DNA of 45,562 bases from Candidatus Dormibacteria bacterium (GTDB taxonomy: Bacteria > Chloroflexota > Dormibacteria > Aeolococcales > Aeolococcaceae), in contig JBHEMT010000036.1 of NCBI GenBank assembly GCA_046262435.1, forward strand, positions 1-45,562. The letters are read 5' to 3'. The notes beneath the pieces were generated by a model, which did not search any database, was not told where the DNA came from, and saw nothing but the letters and a program-made list of their open reading frames with translations. Shown here piece after piece: positions 1 through 8,443 of the stretch (position 1 is its first letter; each line of letters opens with the position of its first letter). A program made the translations under genes and the position numbers.

Positions 1-10
1 GCTCACCGGG

Positions 11-1399
11 ATGGCCGCCCTGGCCGCCGAACTGGCCCGCTACCTCTCCTACCAGGCGCCCGCCTACGACCTCGGCTTCTTCGACCAGGTGGTCGAGCGC
101 ACCGCCAGGGGGCACGCCTGGCAGTCGTCCTTTCTCAGTTACTCCTTTCTGGGTCAGCACTTCGAACCGGTGTTGCTCCTCCCGGCGGCGCTGGACCGCC
201 TGACGCCGAGCCCGATCTGGCTGCTCGTCATCCAGGCTGTCGCACTGGGGCTGGCCCCGGTGGCCGCCTGGCGGCTCGGGCGAGCCTGGCTGGGACCGTG
301 GGGAGGCTGGGCCGCGGCGCTGGCCACCTGCCTGTCGCCGCTGCTGATTCGCGCCGCGCTGTTCGACTTCCACGCAGAGGCGCTCACCCCCGCGGTGGCT
401 CTGTTCGCCCTCGACGCCGCCGCCCGGCACCATCGGGTGCGCTTCGCACTGCTGCTCGCCTTCCTTGCGCTGGTCAAGGAGGACGCCCTCCTGGTGGCTG
501 CCGGCGCGGGCTGGATCGCCTGGTGCGCGGACCGGCGCTCCCTGGGTCTGGCGCTCAGCGTCGCCGCGCTGGCCGGGTTTGCCCTCGTCGTCGGGGTGGT
601 GATGCCCCACGAGCGGGGCGGCGCACCCGGCGACCTGGCTGACCGGTACGCCTACCTCGGTGGCCGCAGCGTGTCGGCGATGCTGCGCGGCGCGCTCACC
701 GCCCCGAGCCGCCCGCTGGGCAGGCTGCTCGGCCGCGACGGCCTCGCCGGCCTCGCCACCGCCGCCTTGCCCCTTGCGTTGCTGCCGCTGGGCGCCGGGT
801 GGGCGCTGCTGGGAGCAGTCCCTCCCCTGCTGGTGGCGCTGCTCTCCGCCGACCCTGACCAGGCGCGACTGCTGTATCACTACGGCCTCGAGTCGTTCCC
901 TCTGTTGCTCGCCTGCGCCCTGCTCGGGTGGCGCGCGGTCCTTCGCCGGCGGGGAGGGCTCACCATCCCTCCACGTTCGGTCGCCCCGCAGTCCGCGCGC
1001 CGGGCGGAGCGGCGCCGGACTGGCTCCGGGCGGCTGCTGGGCTCGCTGCTCGTCGGGGCAAGCCTGGTGGTCAGCGTGGCACTCGCACTTCCTGCCCTGG
1101 CCGACCGCCTCGGCCATGTCAGCCTGGCCCGCCACGCGCAGGTGGAGCGGGTGCTGGCCGGCGTCCCGCCCGCCGCCGAGGTGAGCGCGCAGACCGGGCT
1201 GGTGCCCCATCTCAGTGCCCGCGCCAGCATCTTCGAGTTTCCCTCCGGTTTCGGCACCCGCTACGTGGTGCTCGACGACCTGGGCCCGGTCAGCGACCAG
1301 GCCCGCGCCGCCGGCTACGCCACCCGGCGCGCGCAGCTCAGCGGAGCCGGCTACCGCCCGATCCGCCGCGCTGCCGGCGTCACCCTCTGGATACGCTGA
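11..1399 (+). CDS. DUF2079-like polytopic membrane protein (putative GT-C fold glycosyltransferase); may begin upstream of the window
   Basis: Motifs YDLGFFDQ, GQHFEP, FDFH.E, KED and C-terminal SAQ..LVPHLS.R are typical of DUF2079 proteins; many hydrophobic segments; frame is open back to the window edge. Confidence 0.75.
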   Translation: MAALAAELARYLSYQAPAYDLGFFDQVVERTARGHAWQSSFLSYSFLGQHFEPVLLLPAALDRLTPSPIWLLVIQAVALGLAPVAAWRLGRAWLGPWGGWAAALATCLSPLLIRAALFDFHAEALTPAVALFALDAAARHHRVRFALLLAFLALVKEDALLVAAGAGWIAWCADRRSLGLALSVAALAGFALVVGVVMPHERGGAPGDLADRYAYLGGRSVSAMLRGALTAPSRPLGRLLGRDGLAGLATAALPLALLPLGAGWALLGAVPPLLVALLSADPDQARLLYHYGLESFPLLLACALLGWRAVLRRRGGLTIPPRSVAPQSARRAERRRTGSGRLLGSLLVGASLVVSVALALPALADRLGHVSLARHAQVERVLAGVPPAAEVSAQTGLVPHLSARASIFEFPSGFGTRYVVLDDLGPVSDQARAAGYATRRAQLSGAGYRPIRRAAGVTLWIR

Positions 1400-1457
1400 C
1401 CGGGCCGACACCTCGGCACCACGTCCACCACCAACGCCGACTTGGAGTCCCCACCTC

Positions 1458-2576
1458 ATGCCCACGGCCCTGGTCACCGGCGGTGCCGGGTTCGTCGGAG
1501 CCCACCTCGTCGACGCCCTTCTGAACCGCGGCGACCGGGTGCGAGTGCTCGACAACCTCGACCCCCAGGCTCACGAGGGCGCCCGCGCTGCGTTCCTCAA
1601 CCCCGAGGCGGAGCTGGTGACCGGTGACCTTCGCGACCGCGCCGCGGTGGCCCGGGCACTCGACGGGGTGGAGCTCGTGTTCCACCAGGGCGGGATGGTC
1701 GGCAACGGCCAGTCCATGTACGAGTTGCACCGCTACGTCGACGTCAACGCCGGGGGGACGGCGATCCTGGTTGAGGAGGTGCTCCGCCGCCGCGACCGGG
1801 TGCGCCGGCTGGTGGCGGCGAGCAGCATGGTGGTGTACGGGGAGGGGGCGTACCGGTGCGTCGAGCACGGCGAGGTGGCCCCAGGGCTCCGTGCCGATGC
1901 CGACCTGGCAGCGAGGCGGTGGGACCCGTGCTGCCCGCGCTGCGGCGAGGCGGTTGAAGCGGTGCCCACCGCCGAGGACCGGCCGCTTCACCCCACCAGC
2001 GCCTATGCCATCTCCAAGCGCGACAGCGAGGAGCTGGTGCTGGTCGCCGGACGCGCCCACGGCGTCGAGACCGTGGCCCTCCGCTACCTCAACATCTATG
2101 GCCCGCAGCAGGCCCTGTCCAACCCATACACCGGGGTCGCGGCGATCTTCTGCACCCGGTTGCTCAATGGACGCCGCCCGCTGCTCTTCGAGGACGGGCA
2201 GCAGCGGCGGGACCTGGTGCATGTCAGTGACGTCGTCCGAGCCAACCTGCTGGCGGCGGAATCGACGGCCGCCGTCGGCCACGCGATCAACGTGGGCACG
2301 GGGGCCTCGCTCACGATCACAGAGCTGGCGCTGACCCTCGCCCGTCACCTGGGTCGCGCCGACCAGGAGCCCGAGCTCTCCGGGGCGTACCGCGCCGGCG
2401 ACATCCGCCACTGCTGGGCCGATCTTGGTCTGGCTCGCCGCCTGCTCGGTTTCGAGGCCATCGCCGACCGCGACGTTGAGCTCCACCGCCTCGCCGAGTG
2501 GGTGACGACGCAGCGTCCCGCGGACCGTACCGACGAGGCGACCGCCGAGCTCCGCTCCCGCGGTTTGATCCGATGA
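1458..2576 (+). CDS. NAD-dependent epimerase/dehydratase (extended SDR)
   Basis: TGGAGFVG Rossmann motif, YAISK (YxxxK), LRYLNIYGP, RDLVHV, GDIRH; ATG at 1458 has GGAG upstream (ORF-track start 1215 overlaps the previous gene). Confidence 0.9.
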   Translation: MPTALVTGGAGFVGAHLVDALLNRGDRVRVLDNLDPQAHEGARAAFLNPEAELVTGDLRDRAAVARALDGVELVFHQGGMVGNGQSMYELHRYVDVNAGGTAILVEEVLRRRDRVRRLVAASSMVVYGEGAYRCVEHGEVAPGLRADADLAARRWDPCCPRCGEAVEAVPTAEDRPLHPTSAYAISKRDSEELVLVAGRAHGVETVALRYLNIYGPQQALSNPYTGVAAIFCTRLLNGRRPLLFEDGQQRRDLVHVSDVVRANLLAAESTAAVGHAINVGTGASLTITELALTLARHLGRADQEPELSGAYRAGDIRHCWADLGLARRLLGFEAIADRDVELHRLAEWVTTQRPADRTDEATAELRSRGLIR

Positions 2577-3094
2577 GCCACCGGCCACGGGGGCTCACGG
2601 TGCCGATGGCCGGTGCCGGCGCAACGGTTCTCTGCGGCCTATTGGCGGCCTGCGGGTCTACGCCGGGCCACCCGTCCCCCGCGCCACGTCAGCCGGTGGC
2701 GGCGGCACCCGACACGGCCCGGCTCGTCGGACGCGCCCCCGCCGGGGGGACGGCCTCGCTGGGTGCCACCACGTATGCGCTCGACCAACTGGCGGCGCCG
2801 ACCGAGGCGCAGCGGGGAGCGCCGGTACTGCTGGCCGTCCTCCGCGCCTCGACGACTGGCCCGGCCACCCACCTGCATACCGGCGGGATCACCCTGCTCG
2901 ACGACCGCGGGGGGCGCTGGGCGCCGGTGCCGCTCCCCACTTTCGTGGCGATCGACGCCCTCGAGAACTCGGCGATCGAGCCGGGCTCGGGAGCGGCAGG
3001 GACGGTGGCCTTCCGCCTGCCGGCAGGGCGCGTCGGGGTGGCGGTCGCCATCAGCGCCGGCGGCGAGGAGGTGGTGCTCGATGCGGCGCCGTAG
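2573..3094 (+). CDS. Putative lipoprotein (possible DUF4352-like beta-sandwich)
   Basis: ATGA overlap with epimerase stop; hydrophobic signal ending in lipobox LAAC; LLDDRG and IEPG..G.VAF.LP pattern. Confidence 0.6.
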   Translation: MSHRPRGLTVPMAGAGATVLCGLLAACGSTPGHPSPAPRQPVAAAPDTARLVGRAPAGGTASLGATTYALDQLAAPTEAQRGAPVLLAVLRASTTGPATHLHTGGITLLDDRGGRWAPVPLPTFVAIDALENSAIEPGSGAAGTVAFRLPAGRVGVAVAISAGGEEVVLDAAP

Positions 3095-3548
3095 TCCCCC
3101 CGCCGCGCTGGTCGCATGCCTGCTGCTGGTCGGCGGCAGCGCCCTGGGCGCTCGCGCGGCGGGTGCTGCAGGCTCGGGCTCCCCCGGCGCGGCCGGCTCA
3201 TTCGCAGCTCAAGCCTCCACGGGGGGTCCGATCTACCAGCACGATTGCCTGAACTGCCATGGCCCCACCGGGGCCGGCGTCCCGGGCAAGAATGAGCCCA
3301 GCGACGGCGCTCGATTCCAGCAGCGCAACCCCACCGCCTTGGTGATCTTCGACGTGGTTCGCTCGGCGCGGGAGCCGCACCTGCGCGCCCTGACCGACGA
3401 TCAGATCTGGCAGGCGATCGCCGCCGAGCTGGCCCGGCAGGGCGTCGACCTCGGCGGACGCCCGCTCAGTGCTGCGAATGCCGGGACGGTGCGCACCGGC
3501 CCCGCTGCCCAGTTGAACCCGCGGCTGTTCTTCCCGCCCGGCCGCTGA
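3081..3548 (+). CDS. Exported monoheme c-type cytochrome
   Basis: Arg-rich/hydrophobic signal peptide, single CLNCH heme motif in G..IY...CxxCHG..G.G context, class I-like C-terminal helix LTDDQIWQ. Confidence 0.75.
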   Translation: MRRRSPPAALVACLLLVGGSALGARAAGAAGSGSPGAAGSFAAQASTGGPIYQHDCLNCHGPTGAGVPGKNEPSDGARFQQRNPTALVIFDVVRSAREPHLRALTDDQIWQAIAAELARQGVDLGGRPLSAANAGTVRTGPAAQLNPRLFFPPGR

Positions 3549-3572
3549 GGCGCTCAACGCCGCCGGCGCCGC

Positions 3573-3649
3573 TGGTGGGCGGAGCAGGGATCGAACCCGC
3601 GACCTTCTCGGTGTAAACGAGACGCTCTGACCAGCTGAGCTACCCGCCC
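3573..3649 (-). tRNA. tRNA-Val (anticodon TAC), CCA encoded
   Basis: Reverse complement GGGCGGGTAGCTCAGCTGGTCAGAGCG-TCTCG-TTTACAC-CGAGA-AGGTCGCGGGTTCGATCCCTGCTCCGCCCACCA folds as a 77-nt cloverleaf. Confidence 0.97.
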
Positions 3650-3659
3650 TCGGCGCACT

Positions 3660-4400
3660 CTACTGCCGGTTGCTCTCAGGGATGTCGCTGGGGAGCAGCT
3701 CCGTGACCCGGCCGTCGTCGTGACCGACCAGGACGAGGTCGGCCATCCCGAGGAACAGACCGTGACCAAGGAGGCCGGGCAGTTCGACCAACTGGGCTGC
3801 GAGCTCCTCGAGGTCCTCGGCTCCGGCCAGACGGGCGTCGGCGAGCAGGTTGCCGTTGTCGCTGCGCAGGGTCACGCCGCCCGGGTCACGGCGCCAGACC
3901 GCCCCCGCCATCAGCTCGGCGGCACTGTGCAGGGTGTGCTCCGCACCGAACGGCAGGATTTCGAGCGGGACGTTGGCGGTGATGCGGCGGACCACCTTGC
4001 TCGGGTCGGCCACCACCACGAAGCGGGTCGCCGCGGATGCCACGATGCGTTCGCGCACCAGCGCCCCCCCGGCACCCTTGACGAGACGGAGCTCGGGGTC
4101 GATCTGGTCGGCGCCGTCGACGGCCAGGTCGACGCCGCTCAGCGGCAGCTCGACCAGCGGGATGCCCACCGCGCGTGCCTGGTCCGTGCTCGCCTCCGAG
4201 GTGGCTACGCCGTGGACGCGCAGCCCCTGGTCACGGCAGCGCACGGCCACCGCGTCGATGAACCACTGTGCGGTCGAGCCAGTGCCCAGTCCGAGCAGCA
4301 TGCCGTCCGCCACCAGCTCGGCGGCGGCGCGGCCGGCCGCCCGCTTGGCGTACCCGCCGAGCTCTGCCGGGGGCTCTGAGGACGAGCCCCGGTCGGTCAG
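3660..4400 (-). CDS. rpiA: Ribose-5-phosphate isomerase A (start uncertain: first canonical start is GTG at 4313, homology extends upstream to a candidate CTG at 4400)
   Basis: GLGTGST, DGADQID, KGAGGAL.RE.IVA, SDNGN, GLF motifs; the N-terminal helix AKRAAGRAAAELV lies upstream of 4313. Confidence 0.9.
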   Translation of the reverse strand: MTDRGSSSEPPAELGGYAKRAAGRAAAELVADGMLLGLGTGSTAQWFIDAVAVRCRDQGLRVHGVATSEASTDQARAVGIPLVELPLSGVDLAVDGADQIDPELRLVKGAGGALVRERIVASAATRFVVVADPSKVVRRITANVPLEILPFGAEHTLHSAAELMAGAVWRRDPGGVTLRSDNGNLLADARLAGAEDLEELAAQLVELPGLLGHGLFLGMADLVLVGHDDGRVTELLPSDIPESNRQ

Positions 4401-4711
4401 GAGGCGATGCGGCGGCGCAAATCGCCGTCCTCGGCACCCCCCTCCGGCTGGCGCATGTACTCCTCCTGGACCTCGAAGATCGACTCGATCAGCTCCGCCG
4501 CGCTGATCGAGGCGCGAATCGGCACGCCGCGGCGGCGCAGCGCGACCAGGATCCGGGTGGGCACCTCGCCGCCGCGAAGGTTCAGTTCCTCCAGCTGGGC
4601 GAGCATCCCGTCGAGCTCGCAGAGGATCTCGCGACGCTGACTGCGCATCTCATCACCCTCCAGGGCCCAGGTCATCTGGTGCAAAACGCGGTTGCGGGAA
4701 AAGGTCGCCAT
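4397..4711 (-). CDS. Hypothetical small helical protein (104 aa)
   Basis: GGAGG 7 nt before ATG 4711, natural-looking Leu/Glu-rich composition, stop abuts rpiA. Confidence 0.65.
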   Translation of the reverse strand: MATFSRNRVLHQMTWALEGDEMRSQRREILCELDGMLAQLEELNLRGGEVPTRILVALRRRGVPIRASISAAELIESIFEVQEEYMRQPEGGAEDGDLRRRIAS

Positions 4712-4826
4712 CAGGTTCCTCCGCGGTCCGCTGGCCTGCATGGATGTGGGGTGAAACCGGCCAGGGAGACACGACTGATGCCGATACTAGCCAACTCCGG
4801 GCCCAATGACCAGAGGGAATCACGCC

Positions 4827-4870
4827 AGGGTCGGCCGAAACGCCCGAGCGATGCGGCCGTTCCTGACCCT
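4827..4870 (-). terminator. GC-rich hairpin directly after lipB stop (possible terminator, no U-tract)
   Basis: AGGGTC...GACCCT and CGGCCG...CGGCCG nested inverted repeats. Confidence 0.35.
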
Positions 4871-5664
4871 TACGGGTTGTCGCTGACGACGGCCGCAACT
4901 CGGTGTGCGGCCGCGCTGGCGGCGGCGGCCGGCTCCGGGCCAGTAGCGCCGCCACCCAGCAACTCGTCAGCGGCGACGCGCTCCGCCTGACGGCCGAGCA
5001 CCTCGGCGAGGGCGGTGGCGAGCAGCGGTGCCACCGCGCTGACGTGCAGGTCCTTCCGGGCGCCTTCGCCGACCAAGCTGCCCACGCCGCCATCGCTGAT
5101 ACCACAGGGCACCACGTGGTCGAACCAGCGCAGGTCGGTGGCGACATTGAGGCCCACCCCGTGCTGGGTGATCCCCCCGGCAGCGAGTTTCACCCCGATC
5201 GCTGCGAGCTTGCGCCCGCCGCGCCACAGGCCGGTGTACGGCGGCCGCGGCGCCGCGTCCACGCCGACTGCTGACGCGCACAGCTGCAGGGCACGCTCGA
5301 GCGCCCGCAGGTAGCGCACCACGTCGCCCTGCTGCGGATCTCCGGGAACAGCGAAGACGTCGCGCAGCCGCACGATGGGGTAGCCCACGAGCTGACCGGG
5401 ACCGTGAAAGGTGACCGAACCACCTCGGTCCACCTCATGAAACTCGGCGCCGAGACTGCGCAGACGCTGGGGCGAGCCACCGAGGTGAGCAGGCTCGGTA
5501 TTGCGTCCTGCGGTGTACACCGCAGGGTGCTCGAGGAGCAGCAGGGTGTCGGCGATCGCACCGGTGGCGCGGCGGGCGGCGAGGTCGCGCTGCAGCTCCC
5601 ATCCCCGCGCGTAGGGCACGCTGCCCAGCCATGCCCAGCGGAGCGCGGGCAGGGCACCGGTCAT
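4870..5664 (-). CDS. lipB: Lipoyl(octanoyl) transferase LipB
   Basis: LLEHPAVYTAGR, DRGGSVTFHGPGQLVGYP, KLAAIG, HGVGLN, VPCGI. Confidence 0.95.
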   Translation of the reverse strand: MTGALPALRWAWLGSVPYARGWELQRDLAARRATGAIADTLLLLEHPAVYTAGRNTEPAHLGGSPQRLRSLGAEFHEVDRGGSVTFHGPGQLVGYPIVRLRDVFAVPGDPQQGDVVRYLRALERALQLCASAVGVDAAPRPPYTGLWRGGRKLAAIGVKLAAGGITQHGVGLNVATDLRWFDHVVPCGISDGGVGSLVGEGARKDLHVSAVAPLLATALAEVLGRQAERVAADELLGGGATGPEPAAAASAAAHRVAAVVSDNP

Positions 5665-6635
5665 CAGGCCGTGGCGCCCGCCGTGGCCACCGCCTGGTCG
5701 GCCGCGTGATAGCTCGACCGGACCAGCGGGCCCGACTCCACATGGGCGAATCCGAGACCCAGGGCGTACCCCTTCAGCGCTGCAAATTCCTCCGGCGCCC
5801 AGAAACGGACGAGCGGGTGGTGCTTCAGTGACGGTCGAAGGTACTGGCCGATGGTCACCACCTCGATGTCATGAGCACGCATGTCGCGAAGCAGCTCGTG
5901 GACCTCGGTGGGCTGCTCACCGAGACCGACCATCAGCCCGCTCTTGGTGCGCGACGCCGGCGCCATGCGCTTCGCCGCGCGCAGCAGCCGAAGCGACTGC
6001 GCGTACCCGGCCTTGGGACGCACCCGGCGATACAGGCGGCCGACCGTCTCCATGTTGTGGTTGAAGATCTCCGGTTGTTCGTCCATCACCAGCCTCAGCG
6101 CCTGCTCGTCGCCCTGGAAGTCGGGGGTAAGGACCTCGATGGTGGTGCCGGGTGACGCGGCGCGGATGGCCCGGATGGTGTCGGCAAACAGGCCGGCCCC
6201 GAAGTCGGGCAGATCGTCCCGATCCACCGAGGTGACCACCGCGTGACGCAGCCGCATCCGGGCCACCGCCTCAGCCACGCGGCGGGGCTCGTCGGCGTCG
6301 ACGTCGCCGCCACGGCGCCCACTCTTGACTGCGCAGAACGCGCACGCTCGGGTGCACACGTCGCCGAGGATCATGAATGTGGCGGTGCCCTGGCCCCAGC
6401 ACTCCGCGATGTTGGGACACTGCGCCTCTTCGCACACCGTGACGAGGTCGAGCCCGCGCATCGTGGCCTTCGTCCGGGCGTAGCCCTCACCGGTGGGCAG
6501 CTTCACCGTCAGCCAGCTCGGCCGGCGCTCAACTCCCTGGGGGAGCAGGCGCTGGTGGACGGGGCGGGGATCGGGCGTTCGCCGCCCCGCCGCCGTAGCG
6601 GGGACCGTCCCGGAGATGATCGGCAGTTCCTTCAT
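5664..6635 (-). CDS. lipA: Lipoyl synthase LipA (radical SAM)
   Basis: TVCEEAQCPNIAECW and CTRACAFC clusters, C-terminal RSSY. Confidence 0.97.
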   Translation of the reverse strand: MKELPIISGTVPATAAGRRTPDPRPVHQRLLPQGVERRPSWLTVKLPTGEGYARTKATMRGLDLVTVCEEAQCPNIAECWGQGTATFMILGDVCTRACAFCAVKSGRRGGDVDADEPRRVAEAVARMRLRHAVVTSVDRDDLPDFGAGLFADTIRAIRAASPGTTIEVLTPDFQGDEQALRLVMDEQPEIFNHNMETVGRLYRRVRPKAGYAQSLRLLRAAKRMAPASRTKSGLMVGLGEQPTEVHELLRDMRAHDIEVVTIGQYLRPSLKHHPLVRFWAPEEFAALKGYALGLGFAHVESGPLVRSSYHAADQAVATAGATA

Positions 6636-6745
6636 GGGTCTCTTTCGACTCTACACCGGGGCCGCGCTACGGCGACGCCCGCCGGTCAACCGCCCGCGCC
6701 GGGGGGCACAGCCGCAGCCATGTCAGCGGGAGGCACAATCGCTGC

Positions 6746-8380
6746 ATGACGATCAGCAGCGCCGCCTTCCCGCCGCCGCGAACCGAGCCGATCCAGAGCC
6801 ACGCGCCGGGATCGCCCGAGCGCCACCGGGTCCAGGCTGCGGTTGCCGAGATGCGTGGTGAGGTGCGCGACCTGCCGATGCACATCGGGGGCCGGCGCCG
6901 ACCCGGTGGGGGAGCGCCCTTTGAGGTGCGCGTGCCACACGATCACGCCCACGTACTGGGACGCGCACGGCAGGCCACCGCGGCGGACGTGGGTGACGCC
7001 ATCGAGGCGGCACGGGTCGCGGCTCCTGGATGGGCGGCGATGTCGACTGAAGAACGCGGCGCCATCTTCCTTCGCGCCGCCGATCTGCTGGCCGGGCCCT
7101 GGCGCGACCGGATCAACGCGGCCACCATGCTCGGCCAGAGCAAGACCGTCTACCAGGCGGAGATCGATGCGGCCTGCGAGCTGATTGACTTCTGGCGGTA
7201 CAACCCCCACTACGCCCGCCGCCTTGCCGAGGACCAGCCGGTCTCACCGCCCGGGGCATGGAACCGCATGGAGCTGCGCCCCCTGGAGGGGTTCGTACTG
7301 GCCATCTCCCCTTTCAACTTCACGTCCATCGCCGGCAACCTGCCGACCGCACCGGCATTGATGGGCAACGTGGTCGTGTGGAAGCCATCGCCCACCCAGC
7401 AGCTGGCCGCATCGCTGACCATGGAACTGCTCGAGGCCGCCGGACTGCCGCCGGGAGTGGTCAACATGATCACCGGCGACGGCGGACCGGTCTCCGAGGT
7501 GGCCCTCACCCATCGCGCGCTCGCCGGCATCCACTTCACCGGGTCGACGGCCACGTTCCGTCACCTGTGGCGCACAGTTGCGGACAACCTGGACGGCTAC
7601 GCCACCTACCCGCGACTGGTCGGTGAGACCGGCGGCAAGGACTTCGTGGTCGCCCACCCATCCGCCCCACCCGACAGCCTGCTGGTGGCCCTGCTGCGCG
7701 GTGCCTTTGAGTACCAGGGGCAGAAGTGTTCGGCGGCGTCACGCGCCTACATTCCCCAGTCGCTGTGGCGCGAGCTGCGCGGGCCGCTGGCCGAGGCCAC
7801 CGAGTCCGTGGCCATGGGCGACCCCACCGAGATGAGCACCTTCATGGGCGCGGTGATTGATGAGCGCGCCTACCGGCGTCACGAGCAGGTGCTCGACTCG
7901 GCCCGCGGGGACTCGGCGCTCCGCCTGGTCGCCGGTGGCGAGTGCGACGAGAGCCGGGGCTGGTTTGTCCGGCCCACCATCTTCGAGACCACGGACCCCC
8001 GCCACGAGCTGATGGAGCGCGAGCTGTTCGGCCCCATCCTCACCGTGTTTCCGTACCCCGACGCCGACTGGGAGGCCACCCTGGAACTGGTCGACACCAC
8101 CTCGCCGTACGCCCTCACCGGCGCCGTCTTCGCCACCGACCGGGGTGCTGTCGACCAGGCGCTGACCGCGCTGCGCCAGGCCGCCGGCAACGTGTACGTC
8201 AACGACAAGCCGACCGGAGCCGTGGTCGCCCAGCAACCATTCGGCGGCAGCCGGGCCAGCGGCACCAATGACAAGGCGGGCTCGCCGCTCAACCTGAGTC
8301 GCTGGGCCTCCCCCCGGGTGATCAAGGAGACGTTTGTGCCCCCCCTCGACTGGCGGTACCCGCACATGGACGCAGACTGA
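6746..8380 (+). CDS. pruA: L-glutamate gamma-semialdehyde (1-pyrroline-5-carboxylate) dehydrogenase
   Basis: QAEIDAACELIDF, SPFNFTSI, FTGST, GETGGK, FEYQGQKCSA, ELFGP, NDKPTGAVV.QQPFGG. Confidence 0.95.
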   Translation: MTISSAAFPPPRTEPIQSHAPGSPERHRVQAAVAEMRGEVRDLPMHIGGRRRPGGGAPFEVRVPHDHAHVLGRARQATAADVGDAIEAARVAAPGWAAMSTEERGAIFLRAADLLAGPWRDRINAATMLGQSKTVYQAEIDAACELIDFWRYNPHYARRLAEDQPVSPPGAWNRMELRPLEGFVLAISPFNFTSIAGNLPTAPALMGNVVVWKPSPTQQLAASLTMELLEAAGLPPGVVNMITGDGGPVSEVALTHRALAGIHFTGSTATFRHLWRTVADNLDGYATYPRLVGETGGKDFVVAHPSAPPDSLLVALLRGAFEYQGQKCSAASRAYIPQSLWRELRGPLAEATESVAMGDPTEMSTFMGAVIDERAYRRHEQVLDSARGDSALRLVAGGECDESRGWFVRPTIFETTDPRHELMERELFGPILTVFPYPDADWEATLELVDTTSPYALTGAVFATDRGAVDQALTALRQAAGNVYVNDKPTGAVVAQQPFGGSRASGTNDKAGSPLNLSRWASPRVIKETFVPPLDWRYPHMDAD

Positions 8381-8443
8381 CGGGCACAACCATGGTCAGG
8401 GCCGCCCCTCGTGGACCCGGGCATCCGGTCCCGGACAAGGACC

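Noticed and set aside
1380-2588. Long antisense and alternate-frame ORFs (e.g. 1380..2588-, 8411..9613+, 25261..26466+, 38295..39608-, 44126..45271+)
   Set aside because: Shadow ORFs expected in high-GC DNA; they overlap well-supported genes and lack recognisable motifs
1-3649. Genomic island integrated at the tRNA-Val 3' end
   Set aside because: No integrase, no duplicated tRNA 3' end within the window and no obvious compositional shift; cannot be excluded beyond the window edge
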